Below, in pieces: positions 1 to 8,927 of a stretch of 64,000 nt of DNA; the first letter of the stretch is position 1; every line of letters starts with the position of its first letter. The DNA is from a bacterium. GTDB taxonomy: Bacteria; Patescibacteriota; Minisyncoccia; Phycocordibacterales; UBA5272. A program made the position numbers and the translations under genes. Location of the stretch: positions 3,424 through 67,423 of the forward strand of contig JAYSUJ010000024.1 of assembly GCA_043719155.1 (NCBI GenBank). The letters run 5' to 3'. Under the pieces are notes generated by a model. The model was not told where the DNA came from and did no database searches. It was given only the letters and a program-made list of their open reading frames with translations.

Positions 1-1178
1 TCACACACTTTTTTATCTGTGGCCTGAGTTTCCCCTTTCCATTTAACTCTTTCTCCTCTAAAATCTACCACTTCATCTTTAAAACGACCGTCCATACTAA
101 CATGCAAAATAGTTGGCACATTGTTTTGCATTGCCAAGTTATAGTCGTCTTCTCCAAAGGCCGGCGCCTCGTGAGCAATACCCGTACCGGCTGTATCGGT
201 CACAAAGTCAGCATGCCAAACTTTATAAATATTTTGTCCATTACTTTCACCAAAAGAATTTTTTAATTTTCCGATTTCAATGTCATTATTATAGTAATCA
301 AAAACTGGTTTGTACTTTTTTCCGATTAATTCTTGACCTAAAAACTCACTCAAAATTTCTACAACTTTTCCTTCTTTATTTTCAAAGACCTTTTCCACCA
401 AATTCTTTGCCACAACAAAAATCTGATTATCATATTTCAACTCCACATAACTCAGGCTTTTATTTACAGCAATTGCGGTGTTACCTGGCAAAGTCCATGG
501 CGTAGTTGTCCAAGCCAATAAACTTACAGGCAAGTCTCCCACCTTTTCTCCCACCAGCTCAAACTTTGCATAAACAGAAATATCCTTTACGTCAGCATAA
601 CCTAAAGCAACTTCACTTGCTGCTAGTGGTGTCTCGCATCTGGGGCAAACATGCATAACTTTAAAACCTTCATACGCCAAACCTTTTTTGTATAATTCTG
701 AAAAAGCCCACCAACAACTTTCGGTATAGGTGTTTGAAAGAGTCATATATCTATTTTCCATGTCTACCCAGCGTCCAATACGAGGTATTATTTTTTTCCA
801 CTCATCTTCGTATCTTAAAACCGAGTCAGTCGCCGCTTTGGTAAATTTTCCAACTCCAAAGTTTTCAATGTCGGCTTTATTTTTAAAACCAAGTTCTTTT
901 TCTATTAAATTTTCAATCGGCAAGCCATGAGTGTCCCAACCCCAAACCCGCCTAACATACTTACCTTTCATGGTTTGGTAACGTGGAATAGAGTCTTTCA
1001 AGTAACTCTGTAACAAGTGCCCATGATGTGGCATACCTGTAGCAAAAGGAGGTCCATCGTAAAAAGTAAAAGTAGGGTTGCCTTTATTTTCAAAAAGCGA
1101 CTTTTCAAATATTTTATTTTTACCCCAAAACTCTAGTATTTCCAGCTCTTTTTCATTGATAGTTTTTTGTTCTTTCAT
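1..1178 (-). CDS. ileS: Isoleucine--tRNA ligase, N-terminal part (runs off window start)
   Basis: Not in the ORF track. Manual translation from ATG at 1178 gives MKEQKTINEKELEILEFW...FYDGPPFATGMPHHGHLL...GWDTHGLPIE, the class I HIGH region of an IleRS2-type enzyme. Confidence 0.93.
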   Translation of the reverse strand, partial: MKEQKTINEKELEILEFWGKNKIFEKSLFENKGNPTFTFYDGPPFATGMPHHGHLLQSYLKDSIPRYQTMKGKYVRRVWGWDTHGLPIENLIEKELGFKNKADIENFGVGKFTKAATDSVLRYEDEWKKIIPRIGRWVDMENRYMTLSNTYTESCWWAFSELYKKGLAYEGFKVMHVCPRCETPLAASEVALGYADVKDISVYAKFELVGEKVGDLPVSLLAWTTTPWTLPGNTAIAVNKSLSYVELKYDNQIFVVAKNLVEKVFENKEGKVVEILSEFLGQELIGKKYKPVFDYYNNDIEIGKLKNSFGESNGQNIYKVWHADFVTDTAGTGIAHEAPAFGEDDYNLAMQNNVPTILHVSMDGRFKDEVVDFRGERVKWKGETQATDKKVC

Positions 1179-1222
1179 TATCTCATAATAGCAGAAAAAA
1201 AATCTATTTTCAAACTACATGA

Positions 1223-1654
1223 TTAGGGCCAAGCTGGTGGAGTAGCCCCACGACAAGCTTTCCAGTTTTTAGTATTTGTGGAGTCAACCAAATCAGGCTG
1301 AGAAGTGTTTTTGAAAATACTTCCCACCGCCCCTACACAATAACTTTTAAAGTCTGTAGTGTTGACGGAATACTTGTAACTACTTACACCCCCACTTGTA
1401 GAGTCGCTTGGTAATTTATTTAAAAAAACAGGCATCAACTCCTCTTTTGTGGCAGGATATTTTCCATTCACACTTTTAAAAGCTTCAAGCGCTAGCTGGT
1501 AGTCTCGTATCCCGGCCAAGTGTGAAGTGTCCTGAGCTTTTTGACGAACCGAAGTTAAGCCGTAGACAGCAATACCACTTAAAATACTTATAATTGTTAT
1601 TACCACCATAAGCTCTATTAAAGTAAAGCCTAAAAGTTTTTGTTTTTTTAACAT
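1223..1654 (-). CDS. Type IV pilin / PulG-like pseudopilin
   Basis: Prepilin cleavage/methylation motif GFTLIELMVVITIISILS; C-terminal Cys pair. Confidence 0.9.
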   Translation of the reverse strand: MLKKQKLLGFTLIELMVVITIISILSGIAVYGLTSVRQKAQDTSHLAGIRDYQLALEAFKSVNGKYPATKEELMPVFLNKLPSDSTSGGVSSYKYSVNTTDFKSYCVGAVGSIFKNTSQPDLVDSTNTKNWKACRGATPPAWP

Positions 1655-1684
1655 TGTGAAAGTATACTACAAACTATATTTAAC

Positions 1685-3439
1685 TTACATTTTTTCTGGG
1701 GCGTTTATACCCAAAATATATAAACCCTTTTTTAAAGTATCTTTAGCTAAACTAGTCAGATGTAAATTGTACCGAGTATTTTCTAAATTATTTTCATCAA
1801 TAATTTTCTGTTGTGCATAAAAAGAGTTGAACTCGCTTGCCAGCTCGAACAGATATTTTATGAGTTTTTGAGGTGCAATTTCTACTGCGGCAATATTTAA
1901 AATAAAATCAAATTGTAAAACTTTTCTTTCTATTTTACTTGTACTAAACTCCTCTCCTTTGTAAGGAGAGGCTGGGTGAGGTAGAGACAGTCCTCTCTCC
2001 AACAAACTCGCACATCTAGCATGGGTATAACAAAGGTAAGGTCCAGAGTCTCCCTCAAAACTACTTGCCCTCTCTGGGTCAAAATCTATATTTACACCAG
2101 GTTTACTTCGCAAAATTGCAATTCTGAGAGCTGAAAGGGCGATTTCTTTTTGTAATTTTTCTTTTTCTAAACTATTTAAATTTGCTACCCTCTCGTCACT
2201 TCGCTCACACACGTCTTCATAAACTGCATTTATAACCTCTTCTGCACTTGGCACCCCCCCAAGTCGGCTCGACATTTTTTTTCCTTTAAAGGTCATTCGT
2301 CCGTGCGGCACGTGTATACTTTTTTCAACCCAGTTTTCATTTATTTTTTTCGCCGCATCTAAGACCAATCGAAAATGTGGAGACTGCTCATTGTCAGTTA
2401 TAAAAAAAGAAAAGTCAGGGTTGTATTTTTTAAACTTTAGATCCAGTAGACCAATGTCTTTGGCGGCATAGGTCGGGTTACCCTCGCTATTTATAAAAAC
2501 TCCTGTATTTATGTCTTTTCTATTTTCGCCTGGGACGTAGATTATTGCTCCTTCACTTTGTTGAAAAATTACTGGTACATTTTCTATCACAATTTCCTTA
2601 CCTCTCACCCCAGCCTCTGACTCAAAAATGAAACCCTCAAAATTGGATTCTAGCTTTTTGGCCATTTCGTAAAAATAGTCTAAATTTATTTTCTTAGCAT
2701 ATTCATAAATCTCCACATCTTCGCTTTCTACTTTTCCATATAGATTGTTGGAAATATTCTTTACTTTTCTTATCTCGTCCTCTTTTTTTTCCTCTTCAAA
2801 TTTTTTAAATTCTTTTACACCTCGCACATAAGTTTCCCCTAAATATTTTACAGCTTCATCTATGTGTTCTTTTTTTTTCAAAAACTCTAGACCACCGTCC
2901 AACTTTATTATATAAATTGCCTTAGCTATGCCAATAGAAATGTCGGATGGATAGGAAATATCTGTAACTTTTGCCCCCATTTCTTTCATTATTCTAGTTA
3001 TGAACTCGCCAGTAAAGTTGTTCATTAAATGCCCAACCGTAAAAGGTTTAAATAGATTTATAGAAGTATGCTCCACTAAAACTTTTTTACCAAAATATTT
3101 TAGATTTACATATTTCACTTTTTCACTTTTTACAAATTCTGACTTTAAGTAAAAGTTTATAAAGCCCGGCATTTTAAACTCTAACCTTTCGGCTATTGCA
3201 TTTTTTTCTTCTCCTTTGTAAGGAGAGGTTAGGTGAGGCAGCAAAATATCAAACACTTCTTTCGGGGCTTTCTTTAGAATTTTACTCGCAACCAAACATA
3301 CGTTACTGGTCACATCTCCGTGTTCAAGCTCTGGCACATCTACAGTGAAATTTACCTTTTGAAACTCTAACCCCAACTCCAAAAAAACTTTTTCCAAGCT
3401 TTTTTCTATTTCTTGTTTTATGTTATCTAAATAGTTCAT
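1685..3439 (-). CDS. argS: Arginine--tRNA ligase
   Basis: VEHTSINLFKPFTVGH (HIGH-like), KMSSR, GDSGPYLCYTHAR, C-terminal APEKM. Confidence 0.96.
   Translation of the reverse strand: MNYLDNIKQEIEKSLEKVFLELGLEFQKVNFTVDVPELEHGDVTSNVCLVASKILKKAPKEVFDILLPHLTSPYKGEEKNAIAERLEFKMPGFINFYLKSEFVKSEKVKYVNLKYFGKKVLVEHTSINLFKPFTVGHLMNNFTGEFITRIMKEMGAKVTDISYPSDISIGIAKAIYIIKLDGGLEFLKKKEHIDEAVKYLGETYVRGVKEFKKFEEEKKEDEIRKVKNISNNLYGKVESEDVEIYEYAKKINLDYFYEMAKKLESNFEGFIFESEAGVRGKEIVIENVPVIFQQSEGAIIYVPGENRKDINTGVFINSEGNPTYAAKDIGLLDLKFKKYNPDFSFFITDNEQSPHFRLVLDAAKKINENWVEKSIHVPHGRMTFKGKKMSSRLGGVPSAEEVINAVYEDVCERSDERVANLNSLEKEKLQKEIALSALRIAILRSKPGVNIDFDPERASSFEGDSGPYLCYTHARCASLLERGLSLPHPASPYKGEEFSTSKIERKVLQFDFILNIAAVEIAPQKLIKYLFELASEFNSFYAQQKIIDENNLENTRYNLHLTSLAKDTLKKGLYILGINAPEKM
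1953..1984. repeat. Palindromic in-frame insert in argS, copy 1
   Basis: TCTCCTTTGTAAGGAGAGGCTGGGTGAGGTAG; hairpin CCTCTCCTT-TGT-AAGGAGAGG; 29/32 identical to 3210-3241; encodes LPHPASPYKGEE. Confidence 0.85.
3210..3241. repeat. Palindromic in-frame insert in argS, copy 2
   Basis: TCTCCTTTGTAAGGAGAGGTTAGGTGAGGCAG; encodes LPHLTSPYKGEE. Confidence 0.85.
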
Positions 3440-3529
3440 CTTTTTTTCTGGTTTTTCTTTTTACATTTTACCACAAAAAAGACTCCCCCACGTTTTGCAA
3501 CGCGAGAGAGCCAGTCGTCCAAAGAGATC

Positions 3530-3814
3530 TTAGAAACGGTTTGTAATATGACCGTCGGGCTCGACAGAGACTTTCGTCCCAACCTTTGCCTGTTTTGGCC
3601 AAACAACGACCTTAGTCGTCGAACCGTCAGGGAAACGAAGAGTCACCTCTTCGCCCATGCAGCTCAGGCTCATCACCCGGCACTGCCTTTCCAGATCGTA
3701 AATCGGTCCTTGGACACTTTCAACCACTCCCTCCCGAGTCTTCACCTCCTGTCCGTTGGACGAGGTGGTGCCGACTGCGAGAAAGGCAACTACTGCGAGG
3801 ACATGACGAATCAT
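3530..3814 (-). CDS. Small secreted hypothetical protein (GC-rich cassette)
   Basis: Signal-peptide-like N-terminus, AAAGGA SD 6 nt upstream, visibly more GC-rich than flanks, downstream imperfect hairpin plus T-run at 3475-3511. Confidence 0.65.
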   Translation of the reverse strand: MIRHVLAVVAFLAVGTTSSNGQEVKTREGVVESVQGPIYDLERQCRVMSLSCMGEEVTLRFPDGSTTKVVVWPKQAKVGTKVSVEPDGHITNRF

Positions 3815-3866
3815 GTTGTATCCTTTTGGTTTGTGTGGTAGATAATCTAAATAATAACAGAAATAT

Positions 3867-5120
3867 TCATTTTGTCAAGCTCTTGTCCCCCTTCCCAGAA
3901 GGGGGACAAGAGTAGAGAAGAAGCGCAACACACAGGACGACAGATGCAAATATGGTAGAAATTTTTACCCCAAATCTTTCACTCATGAAACCAACGTACA
4001 AACCACCTATGGAGCCAGTACCAATAATTGCCATGGACCAAAGAGAAGTGACTAGTCCAAGCATCTTTTCTTTACTATTAAGCATAACTAAAGCATTTGC
4101 CGTATTACCCATCAAAATTCCCAAAAACCCAGTCAGTAAAACGAAAAGCAGAAAGAAAGGAAAAGTTAGAGGTAGGGCCAAACAACCGAAAACCATAATA
4201 AGCAGAAAGCCTAATTTTTTTACTTTAATTTGACTCACATTTCTGTCTTGGGCCCCGTATATACCACCCAACACACAGCCAACGCTATAAAAAGTAATAA
4301 TAGTAGCATAGGACAAGGCGTTGCCACTAAAAATTTGCTTGATGAAAATTGGTGCTAAAGTTTGAATTATTAAAATAAAAGTCCCAACAACCCCCAAAAG
4401 AAGTAAGGTATCCCTTACGACTAAATTTCGCCAAATTTCTTTTAAATTTTTTATTAAACTTTTTTCTTCTTTTTCTTTTTCCTTCTCTGTTTCTGAGTTT
4501 TTTTCTATTTGGTTAAATTCACTCTTATTCATTTTTAAAATTAGAAAAATAGCAGCTAAAAAAGAACAGGCATTTAGTAAGAAACACCAAGCTGCCCCAA
4601 ATGCTGCCAAAACTATGCCTGAAATAATTGGACCAATAATTCTACCTAAACCATTTATGGTTGAAAAAAGCGATATAGCATTTTTAGTTTCGGATTTTGG
4701 TATAAGCCTGTACCTTAAAGATTGACGAACTGGGGCATCAATAACACGCAGCATTCCAGCCCAAAGTGCACTTGCGTATAAGAAATAAATATTTAGACCA
4801 CCGGTAAACAGGAGGCAAGCAACAAAAAATGGCATCAGAAATTGCAGAAATTGCACAATTAAAACTGTTTTATACTTTGGCAAACTGTCCACAATGTGTC
4901 CTCCAAATATCCCAAACACCAAAAGTGGCAAAAATTGTAAGGCAGTTATGATTCCCAAGGTTTCAGCCGAGCCTGTAATTTCATAGGCTAGCCAATTTAA
5001 AGCAATTGCCTGAACCCAAGAACCGGTTATGGACACAAATTGGGCAGCTATATACAGTCTAAAATTTCTATACTTAAGTGAGGAGGTAATTTTTTGAAAA
5101 ATACTAGAAATTTTAAGCAT
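3867..5120 (-). CDS. MFS transporter (H+ antiporter/DUF894-like)
   Basis: ~12 hydrophobic segments; RNFRLY...SITGSWVQ and GGHIVD motif A region. Confidence 0.9.
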   Translation of the reverse strand: MLKISSIFQKITSSLKYRNFRLYIAAQFVSITGSWVQAIALNWLAYEITGSAETLGIITALQFLPLLVFGIFGGHIVDSLPKYKTVLIVQFLQFLMPFFVACLLFTGGLNIYFLYASALWAGMLRVIDAPVRQSLRYRLIPKSETKNAISLFSTINGLGRIIGPIISGIVLAAFGAAWCFLLNACSFLAAIFLILKMNKSEFNQIEKNSETEKEKEKEEKSLIKNLKEIWRNLVVRDTLLLLGVVGTFILIIQTLAPIFIKQIFSGNALSYATIITFYSVGCVLGGIYGAQDRNVSQIKVKKLGFLLIMVFGCLALPLTFPFFLLFVLLTGFLGILMGNTANALVMLNSKEKMLGLVTSLWSMAIIGTGSIGGLYVGFMSERFGVKISTIFASVVLCVALLLYSCPPSGKGDKSLTK

Positions 5121-5137
5121 CTAAACATTCTACCATA

Positions 5138-5171
5138 ACAAAAAACTTATCTTTGCAGATAAGTTTTTTGT
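5138..5171. terminator. Bidirectional-type intrinsic terminator after rplK
   Basis: ACAAAAAACTTATCT-TTGC-AGATAAGTTTTTTGT perfect inverted repeat. Confidence 0.8.
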
Positions 5172-5188
5172 TTGTAAATTCTTAAACT

Positions 5189-5614
5189 TTAGTTTGTAAC
5201 TTCGATACCCATAGACTTTGCAGAACCTGCTAAAACTTTAGCAGCAGCGTCTATTGTAGTTGCATTTAAGTCTGCCATTTTAAGGGCTGCTAATTCTTTT
5301 AAGTCTGCCATAGATATTTTCCCAGCTTTGATACTTCCAGGTTTTGTAGAACCTTTTTTCATTCCCATTTTTGTAAGTATGAGCTCTGTGGCTTGGGTTG
5401 TACCAGTTTTAAAGTCATAAGTTCGGTCTTCGTAAACAGCAATTTTTGCAATTAATTTACCTTTTTTGTCTTTAGTAGCATCATTGAATTTTTTTACGAA
5501 CTCAGCAATGTTGATACCAGCTTGCCCAAGAGCCGGACCTAGTGGCGGCGCAGGAGTTGCTTTTGCAGCTTCGATCTTTACTTTTATATTCTTTTTAGCT
5601 ATTTTTTTTGCCAT
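5189..5614 (-). CDS. rplK: 50S ribosomal protein L11
   Basis: KATPAPPLGPALGQAGINI; MADLNA...GSAKSMGIEV; downstream of nusG. Confidence 0.97.
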   Translation of the reverse strand: MAKKIAKKNIKVKIEAAKATPAPPLGPALGQAGINIAEFVKKFNDATKDKKGKLIAKIAVYEDRTYDFKTGTTQATELILTKMGMKKGSTKPGSIKAGKISMADLKELAALKMADLNATTIDAAAKVLAGSAKSMGIEVTN

Positions 5615-5695
5615 ATATTTTCTTATTGCTCAACATTATATCATAATTTTACCAAAACTCAAGGCTCCTGCAGACTTTATTTGTATGAAATATGA

Positions 5696-5727
5696 AAAGG
5701 GGACGAATCATTTTCGTTCCCCTTTTT
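5696..5727 (-). terminator. Terminator hairpin after the inserted Zn-finger gene
   Basis: AAAAGGGGACGAA-TCATT-TTCGTTCCCCTTTTT inverted repeat. Confidence 0.7.
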
Positions 5728-5732
5728 GTTTT

Positions 5733-5966
5733 TTATCCTCCTTCTTTTTGGTTGTAGTTGGTAAACATCGACCTCAATCTCATTTTAGCTTTTTCTCGTT
5801 TTGAGTGTCCGACATGCCAACCATTACAGTACTTACATTCATAGGCATGGACCGTAGACTGAAATCTCTCCTTATGCCACAAAACATGCTGGTGGGCACT
5901 TCTCTGGTCCAAGTGCCGCACCTTTCCGGTGCAGCCAGTGTTCCTCATGTACCAGTGTTTCCCCAT
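5733..5966 (-). CDS. Small phage-like Zn-finger protein (C..K.RH...YECKYCNGWHVGH)
   Basis: ORF track starts at 6041, but a strong SD AAAGGAGGTG lies just upstream of ATG 5966; CxxC plus His ligands. Confidence 0.65.
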   Translation of the reverse strand: MGKHWYMRNTGCTGKVRHLDQRSAHQHVLWHKERFQSTVHAYECKYCNGWHVGHSKREKAKMRLRSMFTNYNQKEGG

Positions 5967-6045
5967 CTGACTCACCTCCTTTCGGTTTTTGATAAGATAG
6001 AAAAGACAGCCGCAAATTACAACCAAAAAAAGCACAATCATGTGC

Positions 6046-6597
6046 TTACATTGGTTTCACTTGCAAAAAGTCCAACTCCACCGGCGTCTCTCGTCCAAAC
6101 ATGTTTACATTTACTTTTAGCTTTCCTTTTTCTACATCCACCCCTTCCACTTTTCCTTCCATACCTTTAAATGGTCCGTCTGTTATAGTTACATTTTCAC
6201 CAATTGCGATCTTAAGGGCATGAGTAGTTTTTGTATCTTTTAATTTGCTCCAGATAAACTCAATTTCCTTTGGAGTTAGCGGTACAGGCACAGTTCCTGC
6301 CCCCACGAAACCTGTTACACGAGGTGTGTTTCGAACAAGGTACCAAGAGTCCTCGTCGGCTATCATGTCTACTAGAACGTATCCAGGATAAAAATTTTCT
6401 TCAACTTCTACTTTTTTTCCATTCTTGATTTTTACTTTCTTCTCCAAAGGAACAAGTACGTCAAAAATCTTGTCATTCATACCTTCACTCAAAACTTTTT
6501 GTTTCAAATTTCTTTCTACTGCTTTTTCATAGCCAGAATAAGTCTGTATTGCATACCATTTTCTCACATTGCCTGCTACGTCATCTAAAATATTCAT
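6046..6597 (-). CDS. nusG: Transcription termination/antitermination factor NusG
   Basis: KWYAIQTYSGYE, FYPGYVLV, VRNTPRVTGFVG, KOW motif, MFGRETPVEL. Confidence 0.97.
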   Translation of the reverse strand: MNILDDVAGNVRKWYAIQTYSGYEKAVERNLKQKVLSEGMNDKIFDVLVPLEKKVKIKNGKKVEVEENFYPGYVLVDMIADEDSWYLVRNTPRVTGFVGAGTVPVPLTPKEIEFIWSKLKDTKTTHALKIAIGENVTITDGPFKGMEGKVEGVDVEKGKLKVNVNMFGRETPVELDFLQVKPM

Positions 6598-6600
6598 AAA

Positions 6601-6795
6601 TTATTTAACTTTAAAATAGTTAATTCCTTTTAAAATAGCCTCACCGAAACCAAGGTCAAGTGCACCCAAGTAAACAGCCATAACAGCAGTAAACAGTACC
6701 ACGAAAAGTGTAAAGTTTACCACCACGTTTTGTGAGGGAAAAGTTGTTAATTTGAGCTCTTTTTGTATATCTTTTAAATATGTTGACAAATTCAT
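6601..6795 (-). CDS. secE: Preprotein translocase subunit SecE
   Basis: ELKLTTFP followed by one TM helix, immediately upstream of nusG. Confidence 0.9.
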   Translation of the reverse strand: MNLSTYLKDIQKELKLTTFPSQNVVVNFTLFVVLFTAVMAVYLGALDLGFGEAILKGINYFKVK

Positions 6796-6840
6796 AATGC
6801 TGCTATTATACCAGAGAAAACGAGATTAGTACAATTTAAA

Positions 6841-8286
6841 CTAGTTAGAGGTTATTGAATCAAAAATACTATTAAAAATGTAGCTATAATTTTCTAGTAA
6901 GTTGGCACTAAAAATTGGTGTCGTAACCAGATACAAAATTTCTTTATTTACAAAAACCACCTCTTCGACAAAAGCTGGCGAGTTGAAAAGTTGCCCATCT
7001 TTGTCATAAAAACGAATACTAACAGCTTTTCCTATATTGCCCAAAGTGAATTGTGAAGTTTCCTGCTTGCTTATACCCATATCACCCAATGCTACTATCA
7101 ACTCTGAAATTTTATTTTTTATTGCTACTTCTTCAGACTGATAACCAATATTGCTCTTGCTGATTACAAATGTTTCTGAAAAATTATCCAACTTGCTTTC
7201 ATAAGGAGATAGGAGCATGATAGAGACAGTCTTGTTTGCATTTGTAGAGGAACTAGTTGTCCATCCTAGTGGATAATATATTTTTATATTTCCATAATTA
7301 ATTTTATTTTTTAAAAATTGACTAGGTTTAGTGTTGGTTGCTGGAAGACTTTCGGTCTTTAGGTCTGTTATATTTTCTAAAAATAGTTTTATGGTACTAG
7401 ATGGAATAATGTACCCCAAGTTGGAACCAGCTTCAAAAGTTGCACTTTCAACCAGCCCATAATAGCAGCCATTATTTTGCCCAATGGCAATACCGCCCGA
7501 GTTACCATGGTTAGTACTGGCACTAATTTTTATCCTATTGTCCTCTCCACCTTGAAACCCACTCACCACACCTTCTGTTAATGTCACTGACTCCCCACCA
7601 GTAGTTGGGTAACCAATGATAAATATCTTGTCACCAATCTCAATGCTTTTAGAGCCACTACACATATTGGACACAGACTTAAAAACATCTTTCACTTTTG
7701 GTGGCATGGCATAAGTCTCGCCGTTCAGATTTTTGTTAGCTTTTTCGATAGTTAAAACAGCCAGATCCAAGCCTTCTATTTTAGATTTACTAGTTTCTAT
7801 TTTAGCTATTTTATTGTGGTACAAAACAGCTTTTTTAGAAAAGTAAGAAGTGTCGTAAAAAGTACCGTCGGTTGGTTTTGGAAAATAGATGTTACAGCCG
7901 TGAAATTTTTCATCTAAGCCTAGCACTACATGAGCGTTGGTTTGCACGCTTGGAATACCCTTTTCATTTAGAAAATATATACCACTACCCACTATAGTTT
8001 CTGGGCCACCGTCTGCATCTGAGCATCGTACCTGAGCCACAGCCGGGATAATATCTTTACGAATTTGAGACAAAACTTGTTCTGGTGACTTTTGATAAAA
8101 GTAAGAGAGTTTTTGAGAGAAAAAAATTCCCATAATTCTTGAATTTAAATAAATAATTCCAAAAAAAGAAAGCAAGATGGAAATAGAAATAAGCAAAGTG
8201 TAAACTCTGACTAAAAAATGTTTATGCAAATATTTATCTAGCATTATGCAACAAGTATCACATAGATAAAAGAAAAAAGTACTCAA
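6841..8286 (-). CDS. Membrane-anchored trypsin-like serine protease with C-terminal PsbP-like domain (start probably 8244)
   Basis: Catalytic triad motifs TNAHVV, DLAVL, NHGNSGG; N-terminal TM helix. Confidence 0.85.
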   Translation of the reverse strand: MSTFFFYLCDTCCIMLDKYLHKHFLVRVYTLLISISILLSFFGIIYLNSRIMGIFFSQKLSYFYQKSPEQVLSQIRKDIIPAVAQVRCSDADGGPETIVGSGIYFLNEKGIPSVQTNAHVVLGLDEKFHGCNIYFPKPTDGTFYDTSYFSKKAVLYHNKIAKIETSKSKIEGLDLAVLTIEKANKNLNGETYAMPPKVKDVFKSVSNMCSGSKSIEIGDKIFIIGYPTTGGESVTLTEGVVSGFQGGEDNRIKISASTNHGNSGGIAIGQNNGCYYGLVESATFEAGSNLGYIIPSSTIKLFLENITDLKTESLPATNTKPSQFLKNKINYGNIKIYYPLGWTTSSSTNANKTVSIMLLSPYESKLDNFSETFVISKSNIGYQSEEVAIKNKISELIVALGDMGISKQETSQFTLGNIGKAVSIRFYDKDGQLFNSPAFVEEVVFVNKEILYLVTTPIFSANLLENYSYIFNSIFDSITSN

Positions 8287-8343
8287 AATAAATGGGATGT
8301 GTGGAAAATGTAAAACATGTTACAATTTCAATATAAAATAAAT

Positions 8344-8925
8344 ATGTTAGAGATAATACACAACTTTGGATATACTGGATTGTTCGTAACCATATTTGCA
8401 GAAATTGGGGCTATGATGTTTTTCTTGCCTGGTGACACCCTCATCTTTGGGTCTGGAATGTTGGCTGAAACTGGTGCTATGCATTTTTTAGGAACTATCT
8501 TTTTGATTTTTACTTCGTCTGCCCTAGCTGGTCATTTTGGTTATTTTGTTGGGACAAAAATTGACAGAGAAACACTTATAAATAATAAGTATTACAAAAT
8601 CAAAGACGCCCACTTAGAACATACTGAAAAGTTTTTTGCAAAATATGGTGCTTTAGCCATTGTAGCATCTCGCTTTGTGCCCATAGTCAGAAATTTTATT
8701 TCCCAAATTTGTGGACTATTAAAATATAATAGAAGAAAGTTTTTCATTTACAATCTTATTGCTAGCTTTATTTGGCCGGCAATTACCGTTTCTTTGGGGT
8801 TTTATTTTGGTAAAATGTTCCCGAACTTAGTTGTGTACATGGAGTATTTTATGGTTATAATGATAGCCATCGTGGCCTTACCTTTTATTTTAGAGATGGG
8901 TAAAAAACTTTTTAGGTTTAAATAA
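8344..8925 (+). CDS. DedA family membrane protein
   Basis: FAEIG..FFLPGDTLIFGSG, FFAKYG, RFVPIVR motifs. Confidence 0.92.
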   Translation: MLEIIHNFGYTGLFVTIFAEIGAMMFFLPGDTLIFGSGMLAETGAMHFLGTIFLIFTSSALAGHFGYFVGTKIDRETLINNKYYKIKDAHLEHTEKFFAKYGALAIVASRFVPIVRNFISQICGLLKYNRRKFFIYNLIASFIWPAITVSLGFYFGKMFPNLVVYMEYFMVIMIAIVALPFILEMGKKLFRFK

Positions 8926-8927
8926 AA

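Noticed and set aside
113-930. Plus-strand ORFs 113-505 and 730-930
   Set aside because: Antisense shadows of ileS, which the ORF track missed because it runs off the window edge.
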